A DNA stretch of 63,032 bases, from positions 1-63,032 of IMG/VR virus record IMGVR_UViG_3300035668_000048. One strand, 5' to 3'. The DNA is from a virus (taxonomy: Duplodnaviria; Caudoviricetes). The translations under genes were made by a program, and so were the position numbers. The notes below the pieces were generated by a model. It was not told where the DNA came from, searched no databases, and saw only the letters and a list, made by a program, of their open reading frames with translations. Below, in pieces: positions 8,769-17,978 of this stretch (the stretch's first letter is position 1; the number at the start of each line of letters is the position of its first letter).

Positions 8769-9478
8769 GCGAACATCACCCCGCTCTGACGGTCCGATGA
8801 TCGACGCGGCCCGCCGTTTCGAATGCGTGTGTTGATGATGCTGGCCTTGCGGCGCAGGCGATTCCAGTCGTCGCGCTGCTCTGCGGTCCACTCAATTGAG
8901 CCGCAAAGGTCCGGAATGACGTTCGCAAGTTCAGGGATGCGTTTCGGGTCAAACAGTTGGGCTAACCATTTCTCCACGACCGCCAAGACAAACGGGTCTT
9001 TGCTCTCTGGCTGAATGATGATTGGATTTTTTTTCAAGGGCAGTGTGAACCAACGCAACGGGTCGCCGTTCATTGAGCATCGCAGGCTGCGATCGTCTGG
9101 TGATGGCTCCGCTAGTTTGACAACTAGCGTGCAGAACATCCGCGCCGATCGGTAGCTTTCGTAGGTAATGCGGGAGCGGGGGTCGTCAGACCGGCGTCGC
9201 GATGCACTCTCACCAGCCTTGACCCGCAGTCCCCGGCGCATCATTTCCAGTTCAGACGGAGCCCCGACCGCTTTCCGGCCGGCATCGCGTATCATCGGCG
9301 TTGCGCCGTCGTACCAGATCAATCCTCGCGCCCGCATCACGGCCAATACTTGCTCCCGACCGCGCACCTGGTACGGGTAGCAAATCCGTCCGTATGTCGT
9401 CTGCGCCGCAGCGGTCAGCAGCTCGACCATTTCGGGCGAGAGTTCGGTATCGCGCGCATGGGCAAGGGCTGCGGTCAT
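8765..9478 (-). CDS. Hypothetical protein
   Basis: 237-aa ORF with ATGA overlaps. Confidence 0.7.
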   Translation of the reverse strand: MTAALAHARDTELSPEMVELLTAAAQTTYGRICYPYQVRGREQVLAVMRARGLIWYDGATPMIRDAGRKAVGAPSELEMMRRGLRVKAGESASRRRSDDPRSRITYESYRSARMFCTLVVKLAEPSPDDRSLRCSMNGDPLRWFTLPLKKNPIIIQPESKDPFVLAVVEKWLAQLFDPKRIPELANVIPDLCGSIEWTAEQRDDWNRLRRKASIINTRIRNGGPRRSSDRQSGVMFA

Positions 9479-9885
9479 GTTGCACCGGCCTTGGCTTCCC
9501 GCGCTTTGCGTTCTAGCTCGCGGTAATGCTCAGCTTCCGCCTCAGCCTCTTCGGCGCGCAAGCGGTTCACATATTCTTCGTCAGTCCATACGGCTCGATC
9601 TATTCCGCCTTCTATGATGCGTGCGCCTCGCGGGTCATCGTTTTTCTGTAAGTCGGGAACGGTCCACCAAAACGGCCCGCGCAATTCCATTGTGGCGACC
9701 GTGATTTGCCAAACCTTCGAGCATTCCACATTGTTGTGCGGATTGCGACCCGGCTTCCAATGAAGGCGCTTTGTCGCCTCAATAAAGGTGTTGACGTCGG
9801 ACTCGGCGACAAGAAACGAGGTCGGCATCCTTTCGATCCAGTGCAGCGTAACCTTGCGAACGGAGGAGAGCGGGAAATCCATCAC
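9475..9885 (-). CDS. Hypothetical protein
   Basis: Operon chain. Confidence 0.6.
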   Translation of the reverse strand: MMDFPLSSVRKVTLHWIERMPTSFLVAESDVNTFIEATKRLHWKPGRNPHNNVECSKVWQITVATMELRGPFWWTVPDLQKNDDPRGARIIEGGIDRAVWTDEEYVNRLRAEEAEAEAEHYRELERKAREAKAGAT

Positions 9886-10184
9886 GCCACCCTCTCGCTC
9901 GGGCCGAACGTAAATTCCCGATCAACAACTTCCCCGTTGCATGTGCGAATCTTGATCGACGCGAGTCGGCGCTGCGCCGCGACGTACTCAGCGGCGTCCT
10001 CTATCGTGTCGCGCGTGACGGTTTGCGATCCCGTGGCTTTTGCGCCAAGACGATCAGGGTATTCGAAGGTGAGATGGAAGCGCGCCGGCCCCGCAACGAC
10101 TAGCGGCGGGAGACGGTCCCACGCGGACCCGTCACACTCAGAAGGCTCGCCTTCGACCCAGGGTTTGCTTTGACTAATCGTCAT
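9882..10184 (-). CDS. Hypothetical protein
   Basis: Operon chain. Confidence 0.55.
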   Translation of the reverse strand: MTISQSKPWVEGEPSECDGSAWDRLPPLVVAGPARFHLTFEYPDRLGAKATGSQTVTRDTIEDAAEYVAAQRRLASIKIRTCNGEVVDREFTFGPSERVA

Positions 10185-10563
10185 AGCTGCGCCCCTCATC
10201 GTAGTAATCGCATTCCTCTTTTAGTTCGTCGCTCTGCCGCTTGATGCACGCGCCGCAGACGCGATACACGCGACCTGACATTCCTTCTTCAAAGTCTCGC
10301 GCGTCCCGAAGATCAGTTGCCTCGCTCTTGCACCAATCACACTTTCCCTTGCGCCACTCGGCGGCCTCGGGTGAGTTTTTCCAAGCGCGGTATTCGTCAA
10401 GGCACTCTTGGCAGTAGTCGTTCATTTCGCAGCCGAACGAATCCGTCTCGCCCTGGATGCGCGCAACGGCATCGCGGCTCGGGTGCTTGTCGCACTTCAT
10501 GCCGTCCGGCACTGCGTGGTGCGCGCCCGATAGAGTTGAGATGGGACCAGTTACGTCAGCCAT
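10174..10563 (-). CDS. Cys-rich (Zn-binding) phage protein
   Basis: CDKH, CQEC, CDWC and CGAC motifs. Confidence 0.75.
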   Translation of the reverse strand: MADVTGPISTLSGAHHAVPDGMKCDKHPSRDAVARIQGETDSFGCEMNDYCQECLDEYRAWKNSPEAAEWRKGKCDWCKSEATDLRDARDFEEGMSGRVYRVCGACIKRQSDELKEECDYYDEGRSYDD

Positions 10564-10846
10564 GACCCGCCCTCTCGTGTTCAGGGGCGGCGTGTGCGCC
10601 TTCTGGCCATGTCGGCCGAACGCCGGTCGTTTCCTCGATCAAATCCGAAACGGCGTCGCGCATGAAATCCATGAACGCGATTTTCCGCTCCGGGTTGTTG
10701 ACGATGAATCGCATCGCGATTGAGCCGAGAGGAATTGCATCGGCCATAGAGTCGGTCATCGCGTAGTAGGCATTCCAGCTTGCGCCCTCGTGGCGCATCG
10801 CGAGGCGACCGACTTTGACGGATTGGTCTTTGACGGGGCGCGCCAT
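10556..10846 (-). CDS. Hypothetical phage protein
   Basis: GRLAMRHEG..WNAYYA...APEHERAG; operon chain. Confidence 0.7.
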   Translation of the reverse strand: MARPVKDQSVKVGRLAMRHEGASWNAYYAMTDSMADAIPLGSIAMRFIVNNPERKIAFMDFMRDAVSDLIEETTGVRPTWPEGAHAAPEHERAGHG

Positions 10847-11022
10847 CAGATGAAGCCCTTTTCATGCGCGAGCCATTCCGGCATTGTGAACGTCCCATTG
10901 TCGTTCTGCTCAACTTGAGACTTCGGCACCCATTCGGTTTTTGCGCCGTCGAAGATGCGGAAAGCTTTGTCGCTTTCGCCCTTCAACTCGGCCGCAATGT
11001 CCACTAGTTCGCACTTGCTCAT
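10846..11022 (-). CDS. Small phage protein (58 aa, below the ORF-track cutoff)
   Basis: MSKCELVDIAAELKGESDKAFRIFDGAKTEWVPKSQVE...TMPEWLAHEKGFI. Confidence 0.7.
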   Translation of the reverse strand: MSKCELVDIAAELKGESDKAFRIFDGAKTEWVPKSQVEQNDNGTFTMPEWLAHEKGFI

Positions 11023-11492
11023 TACGGCACCGCCTTTTCGGTGGCACCGTCAGCGCGCGAACGCTTAAATGCTTCCCATGCGTCTTTCGCGCGTCCGGTG
11101 TTGCCTGCATCCTCGGCCCATTTCGCGCGCCCTTGGTCCGTGAGGCCGTTCCACCACGCCATGCCCGCCTCATCGTCGGCGCGCCTGGCAGCCTCGATCT
11201 TGTGAGTACAGCCAAGCCCGCATCCGCCGCTGCAATTCGGATAGGAAGGGCATTCGGCGCCGTAAAATGCCTTGGTGCTGCTCGGGAGAATCCAATCGAT
11301 GCGCCGGACCATGGAAGCGAAAACATCGTCGTCGGATTGCGATAGGTTAGCCAGATTCTCGCGGGTCTTCCGGAGCGTTTCCTCAAGACCGGTGATGCGC
11401 AGATTGCGCGATGCTAACTCAACCTTTTGGTCGTTGATGGCTCGGCGCAGTGCTTCCACGCTCGTGCTCAGGGCGGGATCGTTTTTCTTCAT
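11022..11492 (-). CDS. Hypothetical protein with Cys-rich motif
   Basis: MKKND start; ECPSYPNCSGGCGLGCT motif. Confidence 0.6.
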   Translation of the reverse strand: MKKNDPALSTSVEALRRAINDQKVELASRNLRITGLEETLRKTRENLANLSQSDDDVFASMVRRIDWILPSSTKAFYGAECPSYPNCSGGCGLGCTHKIEAARRADDEAGMAWWNGLTDQGRAKWAEDAGNTGRAKDAWEAFKRSRADGATEKAVP

Positions 11493-11740
11493 GCGTCGGT
11501 ACTCCTCTTCTCGCGAAGGGGGTCGGCTATAGAATCGCGCGGAACGAGGTGTTCGAAGTCGAGAAAGATGAAATCGCCGTTGTCGAAATCCAGGCGCGGG
11601 ACGCCGTCGGCATTCAGCGTGACATCGACGACACGAACGCCGCCGTTGATGTATTCCGGCTTCGCCACAGCAAGGCGAACGGCGCTCACAAGAAACGAGT
11701 TGATATCGGCGCGGGAGATTTCGCGATATCCGCCCATCAC
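11489..11740 (-). CDS. Hypothetical protein
   Basis: Operon chain. Confidence 0.55.
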   Translation of the reverse strand: MMGGYREISRADINSFLVSAVRLAVAKPEYINGGVRVVDVTLNADGVPRLDFDNGDFIFLDFEHLVPRDSIADPLREKRSTDA

Positions 11741-11961
11741 AAAAACTCCCCAGCCCGCGCCACCACTTCAAGCGCATAGTCAGAAGCCGTAACTCCATTG
11801 CGATGTGCGATGTATGCGGAGTCAAAATCTTCGGCGCTGTCGAGTTCGCAGCCTGACAATGTCTCGACGCGCTCGCAGAACGTTTCCCAATCGAGATCGG
11901 CGGGCGTTTCACCAAACGGCGCCGGCCTCACCGCCGCAGATATGGGGTTGGGGCAGGTCAT
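11737..11961 (-). CDS. Hypothetical protein
   Basis: Operon chain. Confidence 0.55.
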   Translation of the reverse strand: MTCPNPISAAVRPAPFGETPADLDWETFCERVETLSGCELDSAEDFDSAYIAHRNGVTASDYALEVVARAGEFL

Positions 11962-12197
11962 GGGGATTTAGCCTCGATGATGGCTTCAAGGTCGCCGGGT
12001 TTCGGCCACTCAAAAGCAAAAGCGCGTCCGCGCAGAACTTCCCAGGCCGCGAACAAGCTTCCGCCTGTGTACGGCTCACAAACCGCGCGCACATATCGCG
12101 AGTAAATCGTACCCTGCCGTTCAACGCGGATTTCAGCGCCACAGCCCGGCGAATACAAATCGCGGAGCCGATGAATGTACCATTTGGGTTTCGCCAT
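11958..12197 (-). CDS. Hypothetical protein
   Basis: Operon chain. Confidence 0.6.
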   Translation of the reverse strand: MAKPKWYIHRLRDLYSPGCGAEIRVERQGTIYSRYVRAVCEPYTGGSLFAAWEVLRGRAFAFEWPKPGDLEAIIEAKSP

Positions 12198-12587
12198 CTA
12201 CCCCTCCAACCGTTCTGCGGTGTTACGGGGTGGGAGCTTGGCGAGGGCGGCGCGGGCGACATCGCCGCAATCTTCCGTGAGAGTTTCCGACGCGCGAGCG
12301 AGGTCAACATCACCGATCGCGATTGCCTCGATGGTCGCCGTTCCACCGCCAGTCGCATAGAACTCCAACGCCTTCACAAGATCGGCGTGGGAGTTACAAG
12401 CCGTGACGATGAAGGCGGCGTTGGCTTCTGCATCAAGCTTGATTGTCGTCGCGCATCGGCCAAACGTTTCCGCGATGCAAAAGGGCGTACCGCCGATGTC
12501 GGCATGGATGCCGCAATCGAATTCCCCATCGCTCGGAAACTTCGCGCGCCTGTAGCCCCACGGTGTGTGTGTATGCCCTCCCATCAC
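12198..12587 (-). CDS. Hypothetical phage protein (HTP-W ... ANAAFIV.A.N family)
   Basis: HTPW and EANAAFIVTACNSHADLVKAL motifs. Confidence 0.7.
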   Translation of the reverse strand: MMGGHTHTPWGYRRAKFPSDGEFDCGIHADIGGTPFCIAETFGRCATTIKLDAEANAAFIVTACNSHADLVKALEFYATGGGTATIEAIAIGDVDLARASETLTEDCGDVARAALAKLPPRNTAERLEG

Positions 12588-12759
12588 GCACCTGCCTGAA
12601 CGGGGTGGGGTCCGAACGCTTCGTCGCGAACCACTTCAAGAGCAGCCAAAAATCCTTTCAGGAATTGGTTGTCAGGTGGATCGGCGTCAAAAGATGCGAT
12701 TGCTCGCTCTACATAAGCTAAGGCGGCATCTTCACGGGAGGTCCCCATGTCCGGTGCCA

Positions 12760-13212
12760 TCACGCGGCCTCCTCAGCGTCGATTGCTTCGACCGCGACGC
12801 GTTCGATAATTTCGCGCTGTGCAATCGCGTCGTGGTCGCGCGCAATGAATTTCAGGCCGCCGGCCGCCAGCCGATCAAGTTCGGCGTGAACCGCAGCGCG
12901 GGCTGTGCCCAGTGCGCTCTCGGCTTCGCTCGCGGCATTTGACAGTTCGCGAACAGCGTCGGCAGCCTGCCGCTTGATCGCGCAGAGTTCTTCAATCGTA
13001 CCCACTGCGCGGATGTGAAGAATGCTCTCGACCTGTCGGTAAAATTCCGTTCCGTTCTGATTGGTGCGGTGAAGCAACACGTCGGTCGCATCGGCCCATA
13101 GAACTTCGGCGAAATACCAGTGGCAGGGGAACGAGGCGTAAGACCCGCCCATCAGGACGTAGTCGCCGGCCTTCACCTCGATTTTCGGCTTTGCAGGTTT
13201 CCGAGCCATCAC
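12760..13212 (-). CDS. Hypothetical protein
   Basis: 150-aa ORF in the operon. Confidence 0.65.
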   Translation of the reverse strand: MMARKPAKPKIEVKAGDYVLMGGSYASFPCHWYFAEVLWADATDVLLHRTNQNGTEFYRQVESILHIRAVGTIEELCAIKRQAADAVRELSNAASEAESALGTARAAVHAELDRLAAGGLKFIARDHDAIAQREIIERVAVEAIDAEEAA

Positions 13213-13421
13213 GCGGCCCTCGCCTTGGCTCGATCTTCTTCGATCGACTGCTGGATCGACGCGAGACCGTAGATATTTTCGTCACTGCGCAGATCGGAGT
13301 TGTGATTGGCGATCTCGGCTTGGCAATCCGCCAGCGTGTCGTGGTAGCCGCCGTGCTGCCAGAAATAGCCGCTTTCGTTCTGCTCGATCTTGAAGCCTTG
13401 GAACTTTGCTACCTGTGCCAT
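13209..13421 (-). CDS. First gene of the leftward operon, hypothetical
   Basis: Lies downstream of the predicted PL. Confidence 0.6.
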   Translation of the reverse strand: MAQVAKFQGFKIEQNESGYFWQHGGYHDTLADCQAEIANHNSDLRSDENIYGLASIQQSIEEDRAKARAA

Positions 13422-13523
13422 CTGTCGGTGCCCATCTGTTTGGTCGATGGGGGGACTTCACCCCACCGAACTCCCAAATCGCGCCCGAGGTCTCAGTCGG
13501 GGTATTGGGATGGTGTGGGGAAA

Positions 13524-13566
13524 GTTATACCCGAAGGCGGGTACCCGTGTCAATTGAATTCGGGTA
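13524..13566 (-). promoter_or_regulatory. Leftward promoter PL with repressor operator
   Basis: Minus strand TTGACA-N18-TATAAC (13553-13524); palindrome TACCCGaaggCGGGTA at 13528-13543; extra CGGGTA half-site at 13561-13566. Confidence 0.8.
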
Positions 13567-13696
13567 AATAAAGTCGAGCCCCCGTGCTAAACAACGCCTG
13601 GCCGCATGGTGCGGCGGGTAGGGGGGTATACCGCCAGTTTAGTCCTACAACCGCCGATTGCTGGCGCTCGGCCTACGGCCTGCATAGCCTTCGGCC

Positions 13697-13885
13697 ATGT
13701 CCAAGCAAGATGCCATTGAAGACCTGATACAGCGCCTCGCGGCGGCGCGTGGTGCGGCTGATGAGCTCGGGCTTGATCATGCCGTGTATCTGCTCAACGT
13801 CGCCATGCTGGCCGTAGTGGAACGCGAGACGTTCAAGTCGACCTTAGTGGAAAATCAGTCACCCGCGATCGGCACGCCGAATTGA
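13697..13885 (+). CDS. Small hypothetical protein
   Basis: ADELGLDHAVYLLNVAML motif. Confidence 0.55.
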   Translation: MSKQDAIEDLIQRLAAARGAADELGLDHAVYLLNVAMLAVVERETFKSTLVENQSPAIGTPN

Positions 13886-14205
13886 TCCGCGGTTCCGGCC
13901 GGGAGCAGCGGACCTCGTCGGCACTTAAAGACGACGCCTTCCGGGTCGTTTTGCTTCAACCATGCTTCGGCTTCCTCTTCCGAGTGGAAGGTTTCCAGTC
14001 GGTCGCCGCCCTCATAGAGCCACATATGTTTGGCATTCGGGTCGCGGGCTTCGCGGACGGCTTGGTTGACCTTGTCGCGGTCGAGCCGGTCCTCTGGCGC
14101 GAGAGATGTAACGGCGGCGTGTAGATCTCCGGGGATCGACAAATCGCTGTCTGGCGGCTTCCGCGCCCATTCCTGCCATTGATCGAAGGCGTCTTTAGTG
14201 GTCAT
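13855..14205 (-). CDS. Hypothetical protein downstream of the ligase
   Basis: ATGA overlap with the ligase stop. Confidence 0.6.
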   Translation of the reverse strand: MTTKDAFDQWQEWARKPPDSDLSIPGDLHAAVTSLAPEDRLDRDKVNQAVREARDPNAKHMWLYEGGDRLETFHSEEEAEAWLKQNDPEGVVFKCRRGPLLPAGTADQFGVPIAGD

Positions 14206-15125
14206 CCTAGATCCTCCCGTAGTCCTTTGAAAAACGGGTGCCGCACCTTGCCCTCTGCCGACTTCGCTCTGTACTCGATTTCTGCAAGTAGCGACGGTTC
14301 AACCCAAATGCCGCGATGCGCGATTTTCTTTGCGTAGGGCTGCGTCTTGCGGACGAGAGGTTTCAGCCTGGCTCGCAAATCCTTTTCAGACTGTGGCGTA
14401 AAGCCGTGATCGACCTTGCCGGCATAGATGAGCTGGCCGGACTTTTCGCGGCCGATGAAGATGCCATCCCATTTGTTGCCGTCTAGCGCGTACCCGGCGA
14501 TAGGCAGCGTCTCGCGTTGTGCGCACGTGACCTTAGCCCAATCGTTGGTCCGGTCGGTCGGGTAGCGGCTGTCCCGCACCTTGGACACAACGCCTTCAAG
14601 CCCGGCCTTGCACGCGTGCTTGAACATTTCCCGGCCGTCGATCTCAAAGCTTTCGCTAAACTGAATCGCGGTCTTTGCGATCAGCTTTTGCAGAATCGCC
14701 TTGCGCTCCAGGAGCGGCAATTTTCTCAAATCCTGCCCATTGAGATAAAGCAGGTCAAATGCCACCAAGACGATCTTGGTCGACTTGCCTTTGAGTTCGT
14801 TCTGCAAGACGGAAAAATCCGTTGTGCCATCTTCAGCGGGCACGACCACCTCGCCGTCAATGATCGCCGATCCGGCATTGATCAGGTATGCGTCGGCTGC
14901 AATCTTGCGGAAACGCTTGGTCCAGTCGTTTCCACGCCGCGTGTAGACTTTCGTGTCGTCATTGACGATATGCAACTGGACGCGGTAGCCGTCGAATTTG
15001 ATCTCGTGAATCCAACGCTCGCCACTCGGCACTCTTTCAACCTTCGTCGCAAGCGCGAAGGGGACGAAGCCGGGGTACGGCGCTTTCACGCCGATGGCAG
15101 GCTGTTTTCTACGCTGGAATGCCAC
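14202..15125 (-). CDS. ATP-dependent DNA ligase (LigD/LigC ligase-domain type)
   Basis: HEIKFDGYR (KxDG), IDGEVV, AFDLL, EGVVSK, C-terminal OB fold VRHPFFKGLRED; GTG start with RBS. Confidence 0.9.
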   Translation of the reverse strand: MAFQRRKQPAIGVKAPYPGFVPFALATKVERVPSGERWIHEIKFDGYRVQLHIVNDDTKVYTRRGNDWTKRFRKIAADAYLINAGSAIIDGEVVVPAEDGTTDFSVLQNELKGKSTKIVLVAFDLLYLNGQDLRKLPLLERKAILQKLIAKTAIQFSESFEIDGREMFKHACKAGLEGVVSKVRDSRYPTDRTNDWAKVTCAQRETLPIAGYALDGNKWDGIFIGREKSGQLIYAGKVDHGFTPQSEKDLRARLKPLVRKTQPYAKKIAHRGIWVEPSLLAEIEYRAKSAEGKVRHPFFKGLREDLG

Positions 15126-15259
15126 TCTAAACTCCACAACAGAACAGGGAGATTCAAAACGTTCCGCGCCGAATCGTTCCGGCGGCTGGAACCTTGAAGC
15201 AGCTTCCAAGTTCCAGAACTGCCGCCACATACAGAGCGGTCTGGCAACGGGAGAACGTA

Positions 15260-15439
15260 ATGGCTGTAAACAAGCCGGTTGGCGACAATGCGCGCAAAGG
15301 TGCGGTAAAGAAGCGAACGCAACGAAAGACTGCGGTTATGGGTGAGCCGGCCTGGGCCAAGCGCGACAAGACATCCGGCGAGTTCATGGCGGTGAAAAAG
15401 AGCGCGAAGAAGTTCAAGGGCGTGCGCAAAGAGAGGTAG
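15260..15439 (+). CDS. Small basic protein
   Basis: MAVNKPVGDNARKGAVKKRTQ...FKGVRKER with RBS. Confidence 0.65.
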   Translation: MAVNKPVGDNARKGAVKKRTQRKTAVMGEPAWAKRDKTSGEFMAVKKSAKKFKGVRKER

Positions 15440-15446
15440 CTGGGCG

Positions 15447-15890
15447 TTACTCCCCATCAAATCGCCGTCGCGGCGCAAGTTGATGCAGCGTCGCCGCCGG
15501 CCGCTTTCCACCCGCCTTGCACTTCTGGCAGACGAGACGGCCGGCGAGATCATGAACGCAAGTTGTCGGCGGACGCCGCAGCGCGCACAGGTCAACCTCG
15601 CGCTTGGTCTTACAGCGCGAGCACTCAATTTCGAGCCAGGGAAATCCTCCGTTGATCGCCTGCTCAATCGTCGGTGACGGATCAATCGGCCCGCCGTCAC
15701 TCCACATTTTTTCGTTCCAGCTCTGGCAGGCTAGGTTGTCCGCTTCTCGGATCAAGGCTTCGCCGACCCGCCGCTTTTGCTCAGACTGTTCGGACAGGAT
15801 GCCGGCCATTGCGCGCGACTTCACCAGTTCCTTTTGCAGCGCCTTACGTTCGCCGCCTGACAGAGGGGTCGGGTGATATTTCGGGGCCAT
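15447..15890 (-). CDS. Hypothetical Zn-ribbon protein
   Basis: MAPKYHPTPLSGGER; CSRC...CQKC. Confidence 0.7.
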   Translation of the reverse strand: MAPKYHPTPLSGGERKALQKELVKSRAMAGILSEQSEQKRRVGEALIREADNLACQSWNEKMWSDGGPIDPSPTIEQAINGGFPWLEIECSRCKTKREVDLCALRRPPTTCVHDLAGRLVCQKCKAGGKRPAATLHQLAPRRRFDGE

Positions 15891-16101
15891 CGCGCATTGA
15901 AGCGAATCCGCTGCGGCTAGGCAAACCTCATGACGGCAAGGGCGTACAGCGGGCTTGGACGCGTCAAATTGACGTACGTCCAAAGGCGGCGGACGGGACG
16001 ATGCCGGGTAACCACGTCCCCGGCTTTGGTTCCCGGAAAGGTTGCAAGAATCGTGGGATTGCGGCTAGGATGCAAAAAACAAGGTCTAACAGGGGGGTAG
16101 A

Positions 16102-16422
16102 GTGCTGGTTTTGGCCGCCGAAGGCCCGCCTGCGGGCGGCGTGCATGTCGATATCAAGGGAAGAACGGTCAGCGCCTCTGACCATGTCGTCACCACCATC
16201 GGCGGCACTTTGGAACGAATGTGGTCTAGGACGCTTGACTGGGCGGAAAGCAACCCTATTCAATTTGCACTCGTTCTCGTTCTGCTGGCGTTCATTTTCG
16301 TTCAGATAAGAAGGGGGCGAACCGAAAGGGCTGTACTGAAGACACAGTATGACGCGCATCGCGAGCAGATAAGGAATCAGGAGCCACCCTTGCCACTCCC
16401 GCCACCCACCCCAAAGGAGTAG
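16102..16422 (+). CDS. Membrane protein (moron)
   Basis: One TM segment FALVLVLLAFIFV; start uncertain. Confidence 0.55.
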   Translation: MLVLAAEGPPAGGVHVDIKGRTVSASDHVVTTIGGTLERMWSRTLDWAESNPIQFALVLVLLAFIFVQIRRGRTERAVLKTQYDAHREQIRNQEPPLPLPPPTPKE

Positions 16423-16427
16423 CGCAA

Positions 16428-16982
16428 ATGACTTTTTTACCCGTCGTCATTTCCAGTGGAGTATTAATTTTATTTTTTGCTGATCGACGCCTTAAGGCCG
16501 CGGCCCAGCCATTGCGACTGCGACTGGCCGAAAAGGGGGAGGACTTTCTCAACAGACCTGACTTGCCGGAAACGGTTCGTCGTCATGTCAAATTTCTGCT
16601 AGACCACGCCTTTGGCATGCGCCTGTCTCTCTTGATGGCGCTATTTATGATCCCTGCGATTGCAGTTCTGTTCGTTGCCAATCAGCGGGTATTGCTGCGT
16701 TCTGTTGAAAAAATGAAGCTACTGAGTCCTGCAGACAGGGCCACGTTCTTTGAAATTTGCCGGTTACATGACCGTATCACACTAACCAATCACTACTTCT
16801 TGCTTCCAATTATCGAGCTTGAGATGGTTTTGTTTATGCCTCTAGCCATTGTGCTTCGGGGCATTATTCGCGGAAATGTTCCGGAGACTGGCGGACGAGA
16901 GTCGGTCATCAGTTATATCGAAGATAAACGCATTCATGGCTTGAGACTTAAACACTCACATGCCGCTGCCAGCACCCGGTAA
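16428..16982 (+). CDS. Multi-pass membrane protein (moron)
   Basis: About three hydrophobic segments; AAGGAG RBS; visibly AT-richer than the flanks. Confidence 0.7.
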   Translation: MTFLPVVISSGVLILFFADRRLKAAAQPLRLRLAEKGEDFLNRPDLPETVRRHVKFLLDHAFGMRLSLLMALFMIPAIAVLFVANQRVLLRSVEKMKLLSPADRATFFEICRLHDRITLTNHYFLLPIIELEMVLFMPLAIVLRGIIRGNVPETGGRESVISYIEDKRIHGLRLKHSHAAASTR

Positions 16983-17030
16983 AATCTACGCCCTTGCCGC
17001 GCTTCACTGCCAGAGCCGCTAGGTGCCGAT

Positions 17031-17978
17031 CTAAAACCGCACGCCAAACAGGGCGGTGCCGCGGGTGGTCCAAAGCAATTGATCGGCAGACGATTTAGCG
17101 ACGTTTCCGGCAAGGGTGGCTTGACTTCCTGCGTGGTTAGCCACCTCTACGTCGGCACTCAAACGAGCAAAGAATTGGCCCCAATTACTCTCTAAGCCCA
17201 CCCCGAATATAGCGGAAGGCAACCACGATGCCGTCGTTGCTGAAACCAAGGGAAGTCCGGCATTTGCGGTTCCGGTAAATTGGAGCGTAAACGGGTCTCG
17301 GACAGAAACCACCAGTTGACGCTGGTCATAGGTGAAGGACTCTCGAACGTGTGTCGCACCAACGCCGGCCTTGGCAAAAACGAGCGTGTCGCCAAAGACG
17401 AGACCGGCCCTGGTAGCAATGTGAATGCCAAAATCGTTGTGTAATCGATAGGAAAGAGGCACGTTTCCAAAACCCGGGGAGAACACCAATTGGGAGCCCG
17501 TTCCGACGCCAGAAGTGCCTCCGAACCTTGCATCAACTTCGATCCCAACAATGCCCGGGCCGATTGCGATATTCTTGCCAAGCAGCAGATTGCCCATTCC
17601 GCCCGCAGCTGAGTTCATGCTTGTAGGGTAAGGGAAGGTTGCTAAGTTTCCTGGAAAAACTTCGGCCCTACGGCCAGCTCCCACTCCGTACCCCCCTCCG
17701 ATCGCAGCATAGTACCCATCAAACGGGTTACGGGCGGGCAGGGGATCTAGCACAACAGTCTTGACCGGCACCGCGGCTTGGGCGTCCAAGGGCGCTGCGC
17801 GGGCAACGGGCCGTACCGCAGCGGGCTTCGCTGCGCCTCGCGTGACAGCCTCAAAGCAGGCGAGTCGCTCGGGAGCGCTCTTGCGGGCACCGCAGAATTT
17901 CAGGTCGTCGGATACGTCGGCGAAAGCCAAGGTAGAAAAGCAAGATAAGCCAATAATCGCGGTAATAACTCTCATCAC
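17031..17978 (-). CDS. Outer-membrane beta-barrel protein (Omp25/RopB-like)
   Basis: Signal peptide; FDGYYAAIGGGYG start of barrel; RAGLVFGDTLVFAKAG; terminal GVRF. Confidence 0.75.
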   Translation of the reverse strand: MMRVITAIIGLSCFSTLAFADVSDDLKFCGARKSAPERLACFEAVTRGAAKPAAVRPVARAAPLDAQAAVPVKTVVLDPLPARNPFDGYYAAIGGGYGVGAGRRAEVFPGNLATFPYPTSMNSAAGGMGNLLLGKNIAIGPGIVGIEVDARFGGTSGVGTGSQLVFSPGFGNVPLSYRLHNDFGIHIATRAGLVFGDTLVFAKAGVGATHVRESFTYDQRQLVVSVRDPFTLQFTGTANAGLPLVSATTASWLPSAIFGVGLESNWGQFFARLSADVEVANHAGSQATLAGNVAKSSADQLLWTTRGTALFGVRF

